64,000 nt of DNA, from NCBI GenBank assembly GCA_040255465.1, contig JBDZVA010000002.1:932375-996374 (forward strand), written 5' to 3'. Shown in pieces: positions 10,058-19,765 of the stretch. Numbering within the stretch: position 1 is the stretch's first letter; every line of letters begins with the position of its first letter. This stretch comes from Planctomycetaceae bacterium (lineage in GTDB: Bacteria; Planctomycetota; Phycisphaerae; Phycisphaerales; UBA5793). The position numbers were made by a program, and so were the translations under genes. The notes beneath the pieces were generated by a model. That model saw only the letters and a program-made list of their open reading frames with translations. It ran no database searches and was not told the origin of the DNA.

Positions 10058-11065
10058 ATGAACCAACCGCGTCAAAATAGTCTCGCTTCGCACCGGTACG
10101 CGCTCGTCTCCCCGTGTCGCGATGAAGCTCGCTACGTGCGCCGGACCCTCGAATCGGTGATCTCGCAAACGATTCGCCCCACGCTCTGGGTGATCGTTGA
10201 TGATGGATCAACCGATGGCACATCTGAAATTCTCGACGAGTATGCCGCCACTCACCAGTTCATTCAAATCGTGCGGCGCGAAGATCGCGGGCGTCGCAGT
10301 GTGGGTCCCGGCGTGATCGATGCCTTCTATGCCGGTGTAGACACGATTGAACTGACCGAATTTGACTTCGTTGCCAAGGTGGATCTAGATCTTGATCTTC
10401 CCCCGGGTTACTTCGAAGAGTTGATGAAACGAATGGAGTCCGACTCCCACCTGGGGACTTGCAGTGGGAAACCCTATTTCGTACACCCCCGCACCGGCGC
10501 CCTCGAAAGCGAGAAGTGCGGAGACGAGATGTCGGTGGGCATGACGAAGTTCTACCGCACCGAGTGTTTCAAACAGATTGGCGGCTTCGTCCGCGAAGTT
10601 ATGTGGGATGGCATCGACTGCCATCGATGTCGCATGCTCGGGTGGAAGGCCCGCAGTTGGGATGACCCCGAGCTACGCTTCATTCATCTGCGTCCCATGG
10701 GGACGAGCGACAAGGGATGGTGGACCGGCCGGATGCGCCACGGCGCCGGCCAGTACTTCATGGGCACAAGTCTGGCGTATATGACGGTCAGCGCGGTGTA
10801 TCGGATTACGCGGCCTCCCCTGCTGCTTGGAGGATTGGCCATGTGGTGGGGATTCGTGAAAGCAATGCTTGATCGGCGCCCGCGATACGACGACCCGGAA
10901 TTCCGTCAGTTTCTTCGTCGCTACCAATGGGAGTGTTTGTTGAAGGGCAAGCGACGTGCAACGCAGGAATTGGATCGACGGCAGGCATCGGTCTTTGCCG
11001 CGAGGATAACGAAGACCAGCCCAGAATCTGAATCGGCAACCCCTCAACCGGTGGTTGCCTCATGA
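10058..11065 (+). CDS. Family 2 glycosyltransferase
   Basis: ATG at 10058 inside ORF 9953..11065. YALVSPCRDEARYVRRTLESV, WVIVDDGSTDGT and KVDLDLDLP (DxD-like), with a hydrophobic C-terminal part. Confidence 0.75.
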   Translation: MNQPRQNSLASHRYALVSPCRDEARYVRRTLESVISQTIRPTLWVIVDDGSTDGTSEILDEYAATHQFIQIVRREDRGRRSVGPGVIDAFYAGVDTIELTEFDFVAKVDLDLDLPPGYFEELMKRMESDSHLGTCSGKPYFVHPRTGALESEKCGDEMSVGMTKFYRTECFKQIGGFVREVMWDGIDCHRCRMLGWKARSWDDPELRFIHLRPMGTSDKGWWTGRMRHGAGQYFMGTSLAYMTVSAVYRITRPPLLLGGLAMWWGFVKAMLDRRPRYDDPEFRQFLRRYQWECLLKGKRRATQELDRRQASVFAARITKTSPESESATPQPVVAS

Positions 11066-11949
11066 GCAGAGAGTTGGTGGCCACAACGCATGTAGACGCG
11101 GGAGTGTCTGATCGACTTGGCGTAGACAAAGCAGATCGATCCCAGCTTGAACCGAAAGATCACCCCACGCTCGAATCGGCGCGCCGAATTGACCTCTTGG
11201 GGTTCCCAATCGATGCAATGACTGAGGTGGAGTGCATCGAGCGTATTCTAGAATCGATTCGTTCAAGCCGAGGGGGCTGGGTGGTAACGCATAACCTGGA
11301 CCATCTGCGTCGACTGGCTAACGACCGCGCATTCGCTGATTTGTGTGATGATTCCGATATTCGTGTGGCCGACGGCATGCCGCTTGTGTGGGCGAGCCGT
11401 CTCCAGGGGACGCCGCTGCCCGAGCGCGTAGCGGGCTCGAGCCTGATCTGGACACTGACTGCAGCCGCCGCGTCCCAGGATCGATCGATCTTTCTGCTTG
11501 GAGGGGATGGTAACACTGCGTCTGATGCGGCGGCGACGCTCAAGTCGCGCTTCCCTTCCCTGCGAATCGCAGGGACGGACCCAGCGCCACTCGGCTTTGA
11601 CAGGAACACCGAGCAGTTCGCGCAGCTGAAGCGAACTCTCGAGAACGCACAGCCGGACATTGTCTACGTGGCGCTGGGTTCGCCAAAGCAGGAGCTGGTC
11701 ATTGGCGAGCTGCGAGATCTGTTACCCGCTACGTGGTGGATGGGTGTGGGAATCAGTTTCAGCTTCGTCTGCGGTGAAGTAAGGCGGGCGCCGCGATGGA
11801 TGCAGCATCTGGGACTTGAATGGATACACCGCATGGCGCAGGAACCAGGCCGACTCTGGAAGAGATATCTCGTCGAAGGCGTCCCATTTGCTATCCGCCT
11901 CCTGCTGTGGGCAGCATCCCGACGCTTTCGCTCATTTCGCCCGACGTGA
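11062..11949 (+). CDS. WecB/TagA/CpsF-family (GT26) glycosyltransferase
   Basis: IDLLGFPIDAMTEVECIERI, VVTHNLDHL, ADGMPLVWASRL, YVALGSPKQE and WIHRMAQEPGRLWKRY are hallmark blocks of the GT26 family. ATGA overlap upstream. Confidence 0.85.
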   Translation: MSRELVATTHVDAGVSDRLGVDKADRSQLEPKDHPTLESARRIDLLGFPIDAMTEVECIERILESIRSSRGGWVVTHNLDHLRRLANDRAFADLCDDSDIRVADGMPLVWASRLQGTPLPERVAGSSLIWTLTAAAASQDRSIFLLGGDGNTASDAAATLKSRFPSLRIAGTDPAPLGFDRNTEQFAQLKRTLENAQPDIVYVALGSPKQELVIGELRDLLPATWWMGVGISFSFVCGEVRRAPRWMQHLGLEWIHRMAQEPGRLWKRYLVEGVPFAIRLLLWAASRRFRSFRPT

Positions 11950-12001
11950 ACCACGATTGAACGTGAACCAACAACACCTACCTCGATTCTCCAAATAGAG
12001 C

Positions 12002-13342
12002 ATGCACAACACACTTCAATCTCAACTCGACTCAGGCGCCGCGATCATCGGCATCATTGGCCTTGGCTACGTCGGCCTGCCGCTCGCCAGTGCGATGCAC
12101 TCGGGTGGATTTCGTGTGCTCGGATTCGATGTGGATTCGAGCAAAATCGAGTCACTCGCCGCGGGCCGGAACTACCTTAAGCATCTTGGTCAGGAGATGA
12201 CTGCTGCACTTGCAGCAAGTGATCGATTCGAGGCGACAACCTCGTTTGCGCGTCTCAGCGAACCGGACGTAGTCATCGTGTGTTTGCCCACGCCCTTGGG
12301 CGCCCATCGCGAGCCTGACTTGAGTTACGTCATCGATGCCGGCCAGCGAATTGGCGCCACGCTGCGACGTGGTCAATTGATCGTGCTGGAGTCTACAACG
12401 TATCCCGGGACCACCCGAGATGAGTTCTTACCCGCAATTCTTGACGCAGCCAAGGCAGCAGGTCGTGAACCGCTCACGTGCGGCACAGACTTCTTCGTAG
12501 CGTACTCACCGGAACGAGAGGACCCCGGCCGACAGTCTCATTCGACCAAGACCATTCCCAAGCTCGTCGGCGGCCTGGATGATGCGGCCACGGACTTGGC
12601 AGTTCGAATGTACCGACGTGCAGTAGAGCAAGTAATTGCCGTGCGTTCGGCAGAAGTCGCCGAGGCGGCCAAACTGCTGGAAAACATCTTCCGGTCGGTC
12701 AACATCGCCATGGCCAACGAAATGAAGATGATTCTTGATCCGATGGGCATCGACGTCTGGGAGGTGATTTCGGCCGCTTCAACTAAGCCGTTTGGTTTTA
12801 TGCCGTTTTATCCAGGGCCGGGGCTCGGTGGACACTGCATCCCGATCGATCCCTTCTACTTGACGTGGAAAGCGAAAGAAGTCGGCCGCCCAACCAAGTT
12901 CATCGAGCTTGCCGGCGAAATCAACACGTCGATGCCACACTATGTGATGAGCAAGGTGACCGATGCACTGAACGTGCACGGTAAGGCAGTACGAGGCTCG
13001 AAGGTACTCGTGTTGGGATTGGCGTACAAGCCGAACGTCGACGACATTCGCGAGTCGCCATCGTTTGAGCTGATTGAACTCTTGCGTGCGCACGGTGCTC
13101 ACGTCGAATACTCTGACCCGCACGTGCCGCAAACCCATCCGATGCGAAAGCACGATTTGCAGATGCGAAGTGTCGATCTGAACGCTGAGTCGATCAAGTC
13201 GTTTGATGCGTTGCTGCTGGCGACAAATCATGATGCGTTCGACTATGCGGCGATCTCCGAGCACGCTCGACTCGTAATCGACACACGAAATGCGATGCAC
13301 GCGTTTGAGAGCGAAATGGCAGACCGACTTGTCAAAGCGTAG
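12002..13342 (+). CDS. UDP-N-acetyl-hexosamine (ManNAc/GlcNAc) 6-dehydrogenase family nucleotide-sugar dehydrogenase
   Basis: IGIIGLGYVGLPLA NAD motif, catalytic GGHCIPIDP, and a C-terminal VLVLGLAYKPNVDDIRESP block. Confidence 0.85.
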   Translation: MHNTLQSQLDSGAAIIGIIGLGYVGLPLASAMHSGGFRVLGFDVDSSKIESLAAGRNYLKHLGQEMTAALAASDRFEATTSFARLSEPDVVIVCLPTPLGAHREPDLSYVIDAGQRIGATLRRGQLIVLESTTYPGTTRDEFLPAILDAAKAAGREPLTCGTDFFVAYSPEREDPGRQSHSTKTIPKLVGGLDDAATDLAVRMYRRAVEQVIAVRSAEVAEAAKLLENIFRSVNIAMANEMKMILDPMGIDVWEVISAASTKPFGFMPFYPGPGLGGHCIPIDPFYLTWKAKEVGRPTKFIELAGEINTSMPHYVMSKVTDALNVHGKAVRGSKVLVLGLAYKPNVDDIRESPSFELIELLRAHGAHVEYSDPHVPQTHPMRKHDLQMRSVDLNAESIKSFDALLLATNHDAFDYAAISEHARLVIDTRNAMHAFESEMADRLVKA

Positions 13343-13351
13343 AGCAATGCA

Positions 13352-14422
13352 ATGCGTAGCCCGAGTGCTCGCGTACCCGGTGCGACACGCGAGGCGTCCG
13401 ATTCGACCATGAACGGTAATCACTCAATTCAAGTCGGTACCAGTCAGGTTCCCGATCCTGAATTGGGACGGGCAGCCGGCTCCGACCGAGACCGCGTGGA
13501 GGCATTTATCCTGCTCGGCGGCGGGTTAACGCCGTCGCCACTCACGGCGGCGACCCGATGCTCGGTGCTCGATTTGCTTGTCGGACCGGGAGATTCCACT
13601 GTGTTCGCTCGATGGCTGCGTGCTGTCGATGTACTAAATGACGGCGCCAAGGGTAACATGCCCGTTGTTATCGCCAACGGTGGTGGAAATCCAGCTCCGA
13701 AACTCGAATCACATCTCGGCGGAAGGACCATAGAAGTCGTCATTGATAAAGAGTCATTTCGCGGCGCGGCTGGCGTCGTGCGCGATGTGTCGAGGCAGTT
13801 TGATGAAGATGCACTGCTCTTGGTGGCCGAAGCCGCACGCTGCCCCGACTTTGACCTGAGTGGAACCGTCAATCACCATCGGGTTAATGGATTTGATGCG
13901 ACGGTGCTGGTCAATCCGGACAACACGCCGGCGGGCGTATATCTCATGGCCAGAAAGCTCCTCGACCATGTGCAGCGCGAAGGGTACATGGATCTGAAAG
14001 AGCAATGGCTGAACAAGGTCGTCGAGAGCAATCATCGGGTCGGCGTGCATCGATTGAGTGCGGGATACTCTCGACCGCTTCGCACCCGGGAGCAGTTGCT
14101 ACTCGCCGCTCGTGCTGCTTTCCAGGGCGGTGACGGACAGCCTGCCTCGATGCACTTTGGAGCCGCAGTACGCACTTCCGGCCACGGTGCTTTCAGCTGC
14201 ATCTCACCTGACGCGGTGATCGATGAAAGTGCGGTCATCGTGGATTCAATTATCATGCCGGGGGCAAGAATTGGAGCTTCAAGCATCGTCACCCGCTCCG
14301 TCGTTTGCCATGGCGGCCTCGTATCCGCGGACGCACGATTGGTTGACGCCGTAGTTGGAGCGACTGCTGCCACTCGCTCACAACTGTCGCCACATGGACT
14401 ACACCGGGAGCCACCTTCTTGA
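13352..14422 (+). CDS. Sugar-nucleotidyltransferase-like protein with degenerate signature plus C-terminal left-handed beta-helix
   Basis: The layout resembles NDP-sugar pyrophosphorylases, but the GxGTRL signature is degenerate (FILLGGGLTPSPL). The C-terminus has LbH-like repeats (ISPDAVIDESAVIVDSIIMPGARIGASSIVTRSVV). Start uncertain. Confidence 0.45.
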   Translation: MRSPSARVPGATREASDSTMNGNHSIQVGTSQVPDPELGRAAGSDRDRVEAFILLGGGLTPSPLTAATRCSVLDLLVGPGDSTVFARWLRAVDVLNDGAKGNMPVVIANGGGNPAPKLESHLGGRTIEVVIDKESFRGAAGVVRDVSRQFDEDALLLVAEAARCPDFDLSGTVNHHRVNGFDATVLVNPDNTPAGVYLMARKLLDHVQREGYMDLKEQWLNKVVESNHRVGVHRLSAGYSRPLRTREQLLLAARAAFQGGDGQPASMHFGAAVRTSGHGAFSCISPDAVIDESAVIVDSIIMPGARIGASSIVTRSVVCHGGLVSADARLVDAVVGATAATRSQLSPHGLHREPPS

Positions 14423-15291
14423 CTACATTGCGTCGTAATTGGGACTTCTCGATCGGCCTTTGGCTGGGCGTGCTCATACTCGTCGCCATTGCTGCCACGA
14501 TGGATCTCTGGAAGGACATCTTCGCCATCGGATGGCGCGATGCCGAGAACTCGCATTTGATCCTGGCGCCATTTGTCGCCCTCTGGCTCGTTTGGGTTCG
14601 GCGAGAGCGGATTCGTTTTGCGCGACCTCAAGTCAGCGCGCTTGGTCCGCTCGTGATCATCATTGGATGGCTCAGCATTCGGATCGGCTATGACCAGGGG
14701 ATCATTATCGCTCAGCATGGTGGGGCGCTACTCATGGTTTGTGGCGCTGCACTGACGATGCTCGGTCCGCGGATCGTAGAACTCTTCCTTCCGGCTGCTG
14801 CCGCATTGGTGTTTGTTCTGCCGGTTCCCGGCCGCATCCGCCAAGCCATCGCGGTCCCGCTTCAGGAGCACACAGCTCAGATCACGCACTACCTGCTCAA
14901 CATCATCAATGTTCCCCTTGAGCGGAGCGGCAGCGTACTCACCATTAATGGACATGAGGTCGCCGTCGCCGAAGCCTGCAATGGGATGCGGATGGTGACT
15001 GCACTCTTGCTCATCACGTTTGCATTCGTCTTCTCCGTCCCGATGCGCCAAAGAATTCGACTGTTCTTTCTGATCATCAGTCCGATGATCGCCCTGTTGG
15101 TCAACGTCATACGCCTTGTCCCAACCGTACTTCTCTACGGCTATTCCAGCACTGCGGTCGCGGATGCGTTCCACGAGGCGAGCGGCTGGCTCATGCTCTT
15201 TATTGCGCTGGCAATTCTCTGGGGCACTCTGGGACTCCTGCGATGGCTGGAAATCGCTGTTTCGCCACACCCAGTTGGAGAGGAGGACTGA
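14419..15291 (+). CDS. Exosortase (EpsH/Xrt family transpeptidase)
   Basis: Polytopic membrane protein with the exosortase Cys motif region VAVAEACNGMRMV. Followed by an EpsI-like gene and lies in the same locus as (I/V)PLPAP-CTERM substrates. Confidence 0.8.
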   Translation: MTTLRRNWDFSIGLWLGVLILVAIAATMDLWKDIFAIGWRDAENSHLILAPFVALWLVWVRRERIRFARPQVSALGPLVIIIGWLSIRIGYDQGIIIAQHGGALLMVCGAALTMLGPRIVELFLPAAAALVFVLPVPGRIRQAIAVPLQEHTAQITHYLLNIINVPLERSGSVLTINGHEVAVAEACNGMRMVTALLLITFAFVFSVPMRQRIRLFFLIISPMIALLVNVIRLVPTVLLYGYSSTAVADAFHEASGWLMLFIALAILWGTLGLLRWLEIAVSPHPVGEED

Positions 15292-15984
15292 ATGGCGGTA
15301 TCGGTGCACCACCCCGCTCGCACGCTCGGCATCCCCGCAGGCACGCTCGTGCTGCTGATCGCCATTCTGACTGCCGGCGGCATCGGTCAGGAGCCGCCCG
15401 TCGGTGCTCAGAAGTACTTCGATCACGTCGCCACCCAGATCGACGCGCTTCCCTATGTCGTTGGTGGCTGGTTTGGCGTCAACCTACCCTACACAGATGT
15501 TGAAGTAAAAATGCTGCGCCCCAACAAGATGCTCCAGCGCACCTACCAAGATCCCATGACCGGCCGCAAGGCTAGCCTATCGATCGTCCATTGCACAGAT
15601 ATTCGAGATATGGACGGCCACTTCCCGCCCAAGTGCTACGTAGCCCACGGCTGGGATTTTGACTCAAGCGAACTCGTCATGATTACCGTCGAGGGTCGAG
15701 AACAGCAGGCACGGAGCTATACGTTCTCAAGGATGAGCCAAGGTGCCCGTGAGACGATTCGGATCGTGAGTTTCTTCATCGTCCCCTACTCCGAGGGTAT
15801 CCTCAGTGAGATGAGTTCGCTGTCAAGGGCGGCAAAGAACCCGCAGGCCGCCGGACTCGGAGCCGCACAGGTCCAGATTCTCACACCAGCTTCGCAGTCG
15901 AGTGCAGCCACGGACGAGTTGGTCTCGAACATCCTGCAAGCGGTTGAGCCCGTGATCAAGACGATCGAAGAAGGTGTAAAATGA
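15292..15984 (+). CDS. EpsI-family exosortase-associated protein
   Basis: ATG lies 1 nt after the exosortase stop, with AGGAGGA upstream. N-terminal TM helix and HFPPKCYVAHGWDF, which resembles the EpsI H-x-P-x-x-C...GW block. Confidence 0.65.
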   Translation: MAVSVHHPARTLGIPAGTLVLLIAILTAGGIGQEPPVGAQKYFDHVATQIDALPYVVGGWFGVNLPYTDVEVKMLRPNKMLQRTYQDPMTGRKASLSIVHCTDIRDMDGHFPPKCYVAHGWDFDSSELVMITVEGREQQARSYTFSRMSQGARETIRIVSFFIVPYSEGILSEMSSLSRAAKNPQAAGLGAAQVQILTPASQSSAATDELVSNILQAVEPVIKTIEEGVK

Positions 15985-18266
15985 ATTCCGACAGTCAGCT
16001 GCAAGTTCACCGAGTGCAGGTGACCAATCCTCCGCTGGCTCAGCCGGGTGAAGAGCCTCGCGGCGCGGGTACTGCAACGCTCCTGCATCGACGCCTGCGA
16101 GGACGGTATCCGATCGCTTTGGTTCTTGCAGGCATCTTGGGCGCCATCGGAATGGTTGTGGGCTACAAGTCCACAGTCCCGCAGTACACCAGCGAGGGCA
16201 TGGTTCAGATCTCTCCGACGATACAGCGCACTCTGTATCGAACCGAGGAGAACGAAACTCCTCCTCTCTTTGAGTCCTTCGTTGCAGCACAAGCGACTTT
16301 TCTACAGTCATCGCGTGTCTTGGCAAAGGCGGTTGAGAATCCGAAGTTGCTTGAAGTAGGCTGGCCGGCAGGCAACGTCGGAATCTCCAAGCTGCGACGA
16401 GCCGTTTCCGTTGAGTACCGCCGAGGCTCGCAGGTGATCATGGTTCGAGCCACGCTCGACAGCGCCGCGCAACCCCAGCAAGCTGTCGACGCTGTGATCG
16501 ACGCCTATCAAGAGCTGTACAGTGAAGCCGGCGACAAGGAAATGGGAGACCGCGAGCGTGCTTTGTTGGATCGACGGATTTCCCTCGAAGGGCAACTAAA
16601 GGATAAACGCGACGAGATTTTGCAGACAGGTGAAAAGTTCGGAACGGACGAACTCGATGAGATTTCCAAGGTCCGCCTTAACGACATGCTGGAGCTTGAG
16701 CAGAAAGTCGCCCACCAACGGCAGATTATCGCTCAGCTCGAGTCCAATGCTCCTCAGGACGACCAGCAGGGGAGCGACAATCCTGATCTCACGCTCGAGC
16801 ACCTGGCGACGCTTGATCCGGAACTCGGACAGCTGCTCTCCCAACGAGAGGATCTGGACGCACAACTCAAGATGGCGAGACGCTTTGGACCTCGGCACAT
16901 TCAAACGCGAAAGCTTGAAGAAGACAAGCAAGTTCTTGATTCTCGCGTTCAGAGTCGATACGACCTCGTTCGCTCCTGGATTGAGAGTGGCACTGCCCTA
17001 AGTCCTGAAGCATTACCGATCGCCGTCGAGACCACGCTTCCTCAAGCAAAGACGCTCCTTGACAGCCTGGAAGGCGACCTGAAGAAGCTCAAAGCGGAAG
17101 TCCTCGAAGTGGGAAAGGCGCGACTTCTGATCAATGCGCTCAAACAGGACACCGAAACCATCAAGGGTCGGCTTGCAGAAACAAACCAGGCGCTGGAGCA
17201 GTTTCAAGTCGAACGACAGAACATTCGACAGGGTCGAATCATGCCGATCTACGGCGACATCCCGACCCAGCCCTCAAAGGATCGTCGCATCCAGCTCGCT
17301 GTGATGGGCGGTATGGGCGGGGCGGGAGTTGGCGTCGGTCTGGTCCTTCTGATCGGCTTACTCAAACCCAGCTACCGCTACCTTGATGAGATTGAAGAGG
17401 CTGAGACTCTGGTTCCCGTGTTGGGGTCTCTACCAAATCTGAACAGCAAGGACGACGAGCTGGAGTCGCTCGCTTCGCTCAGCGTACATCACTTGCGCAA
17501 CATGTTGGCCATGCAATCTCGACCGCGCCGAGAGGGCGGCACCGCGTTCATGGTCACGAGCGCCCGCCCCGGAGATGGCAAGACCAGCCTGACCGTAGCG
17601 CTCGGCATGTCATTCGCGGCACAGGGCAGCAAGGTACTGATGATCGATGCTGATCTCATCGGGCACGGGCTCTCGCCCACCATGAGAATGGATGGAAAGG
17701 TAGGACTCCGCCAGGTTGCCGGGGGCGGAGCAATCGAAAGTTTCATCTTCCCATCGCGCGTTGCGAATCTCTCTGTCCTTCCAGCGGGTCTCACTTCGCG
17801 AAACGGCATCCATGGAAACGGTGCGTCGTCTTCGGATCCCACCGTCGAGGCAGAGCACCTCGGCACCGAACGAATGCAGGAGATTCTGGACGAAGCGAGG
17901 TCCCGCTTCGATGTGGTCTTGGTCGACACCGGCCCCTTGATGGGCAGCCTTGAGGCCAACGTGCTCGCAACGGTGGTTGACCGCGTGATCCTGACCGTGC
18001 CTCGGGGTCAGGACCCGCGACTCCTTCGAGCTGCACTGGGCCGCCTGCGCTCTGTTGGCGCAACGTGTGCCGGGCTGGTCTTCAATCGCGCAATTGCCAG
18101 TGACCTGCGAAGCAGCATGAGCACAATCTCGTTCCATTCTCAGAGCATGCGAGCCAACGGTGATTCGGGTCCGGAATCGACCGCTGAATCGCGCCATGCG
18201 CTCGTCCGAGCCATTCTCATGAGCGGCCAGGCGACCGACGCGAAGGGCAGAGACGTTTCCAAGTGA
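15981..18266 (+). CDS. Fused polysaccharide chain-length determinant (Wzz/GumC-like) and bacterial tyrosine (BY) kinase
   Basis: Two TM helices flank a long coiled-coil periplasmic region. The C-terminal P-loop domain has Walker A SARPGDGKTSLT, A' VLMIDADL and B VVLVDTGP. Confidence 0.8.
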   Translation: MNSDSQLQVHRVQVTNPPLAQPGEEPRGAGTATLLHRRLRGRYPIALVLAGILGAIGMVVGYKSTVPQYTSEGMVQISPTIQRTLYRTEENETPPLFESFVAAQATFLQSSRVLAKAVENPKLLEVGWPAGNVGISKLRRAVSVEYRRGSQVIMVRATLDSAAQPQQAVDAVIDAYQELYSEAGDKEMGDRERALLDRRISLEGQLKDKRDEILQTGEKFGTDELDEISKVRLNDMLELEQKVAHQRQIIAQLESNAPQDDQQGSDNPDLTLEHLATLDPELGQLLSQREDLDAQLKMARRFGPRHIQTRKLEEDKQVLDSRVQSRYDLVRSWIESGTALSPEALPIAVETTLPQAKTLLDSLEGDLKKLKAEVLEVGKARLLINALKQDTETIKGRLAETNQALEQFQVERQNIRQGRIMPIYGDIPTQPSKDRRIQLAVMGGMGGAGVGVGLVLLIGLLKPSYRYLDEIEEAETLVPVLGSLPNLNSKDDELESLASLSVHHLRNMLAMQSRPRREGGTAFMVTSARPGDGKTSLTVALGMSFAAQGSKVLMIDADLIGHGLSPTMRMDGKVGLRQVAGGGAIESFIFPSRVANLSVLPAGLTSRNGIHGNGASSSDPTVEAEHLGTERMQEILDEARSRFDVVLVDTGPLMGSLEANVLATVVDRVILTVPRGQDPRLLRAALGRLRSVGATCAGLVFNRAIASDLRSSMSTISFHSQSMRANGDSGPESTAESRHALVRAILMSGQATDAKGRDVSK

Positions 18267-19750
18267 GTGTTCTGACAACCCAAACAGAAAGAGAAGCTTC
18301 CAGACCGGAGTGTTCTTCTCCGCGATTCTGGGGCCTCGACCACCGTGCCCTCCATGATCGCTTCTGGGCTTCGCGCGGAGTTCAGGTTGTTCGCCCCGGG
18401 ATGTTGTCGGATTCCAAGAACAGCAAAACGTCACCCGCTCCACGAAAGGGGTCTGCCAGGCGACAGCGGGGCGACTTCTACCTTCTGCTTGGCGACGACG
18501 ACCTCGTGCTGTTTCGAATTGCCCCGCTGCTCGATCGCTTCAGCTGGCTCAAGCCACGTGCCATGCGCCTTCGGCTCATCGAGAAAGAACCCGAGCCCTA
18601 TATCGAAATGGTCGAAACCGACGAGCATGGTCTGCTCAAGCGAATTCGCCGGCACTACCACCGGCGCTCAAGTGCGACGCAACAAACTTGGCTAACTGCT
18701 GATGGCAGCCTTGCAATGGCATGGGCGAGGTGCCAAACCACCTTCGAGGCGAAGCGACGGATCAAGAACAGGCTCGAACACGATCCGATCGTGCCTGCAG
18801 TGGCGCAGGCCCGACTGTTTGAGCATGATGGGGATGCCGAGCGAATTGATCAGTTCATGCTCCTTCTTCAGCGTCTCTGGCACCGTCCCGGCGCAACTCT
18901 TGATGGCGTCTATGAGTTCAGTCCCGGCATTTGGGTTCACGAGAGCGCCAACATTGCGACTGGAGCTCGCCTGATTGCCCCCTCCTGGATCGGCGCCGGA
19001 GTCCGAGTCGGGCCAACCGACGTCATTGTTGGACCGGGCGGCGTCGCGGACGATCCGTCCGTCCAGACAGATCATCCGCCTATTGATTGGGAGTACATCC
19101 GATTCGCGTCGCGCAGTCGGTTCACTCGAGGTGAAATGGCCCCGTTGTCACGCCCGGGCAAGCGGCTATTCGATGTGGTATTCGCCATCGCCGCTCTACT
19201 GGCGACTGGCATCATCTATCCCTTTGTGATTGCCGCAATTGTTTCAGAAGACGGGTGGCCACCGTTCTTCAGTCACCATCGCCAGACGATCGGCGGGCGT
19301 GAGTTCCCCTGCTACAAGTTCCGCACGATGTTGAAAAACGCGGAGGCCATGAAGGCTGAACTCGCGAAAGCGAACGTGTGCGACGGTCCGCAGTTTCATA
19401 TTGACGACGATCCGCGCGTGCTCAGAGTCGGCCGCTTCCTTCGCAAGTATCACCTCGACGAGTTGCCGCAGTTCTGGAATGTGCTGCTCGGCCACATGAG
19501 CGTTGTCGGCCCGCGCCCGAGCCCCGAGAAGGAAAACCAGTTCTGCCCAACTTGGCGTGAGGCTCGTTTGAGCGTTCGCCCCGGCGTAACCGGCCTCTGG
19601 CAGGTTCGGCGTACTCGGCGCCCTGAGAATGATTTTCAAGAATGGATTCGCTACGACCTTGAATACGTCCAAAACCAGAACTGGCGTCTCGATCTCTGGA
19701 TCGTTTTTCAGACGATTCGCAAGATTGTTTTCGGATCTCATGACCTGTAG
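18263..19750 (+). CDS. Priming phosphoglycosyl transferase (bacterial sugar transferase domain) with a ~285-aa soluble N-terminal extension
   Basis: The C-terminal ~200 aa carry KRLFDVVFAIAALLATGIIYPFVIAAIV (re-entrant helix), YKFRTM, DELPQFWNVLLGHMSVVGPRP and RPGVTGLWQV. The N-terminal part has no TM helices and ends in LbH-like repeats. Confidence 0.8.
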   Translation: MSVLTTQTEREASRPECSSPRFWGLDHRALHDRFWASRGVQVVRPGMLSDSKNSKTSPAPRKGSARRQRGDFYLLLGDDDLVLFRIAPLLDRFSWLKPRAMRLRLIEKEPEPYIEMVETDEHGLLKRIRRHYHRRSSATQQTWLTADGSLAMAWARCQTTFEAKRRIKNRLEHDPIVPAVAQARLFEHDGDAERIDQFMLLLQRLWHRPGATLDGVYEFSPGIWVHESANIATGARLIAPSWIGAGVRVGPTDVIVGPGGVADDPSVQTDHPPIDWEYIRFASRSRFTRGEMAPLSRPGKRLFDVVFAIAALLATGIIYPFVIAAIVSEDGWPPFFSHHRQTIGGREFPCYKFRTMLKNAEAMKAELAKANVCDGPQFHIDDDPRVLRVGRFLRKYHLDELPQFWNVLLGHMSVVGPRPSPEKENQFCPTWREARLSVRPGVTGLWQVRRTRRPENDFQEWIRYDLEYVQNQNWRLDLWIVFQTIRKIVFGSHDL

Positions 19751-19765
19751 GATGTGGAGTTTCCC

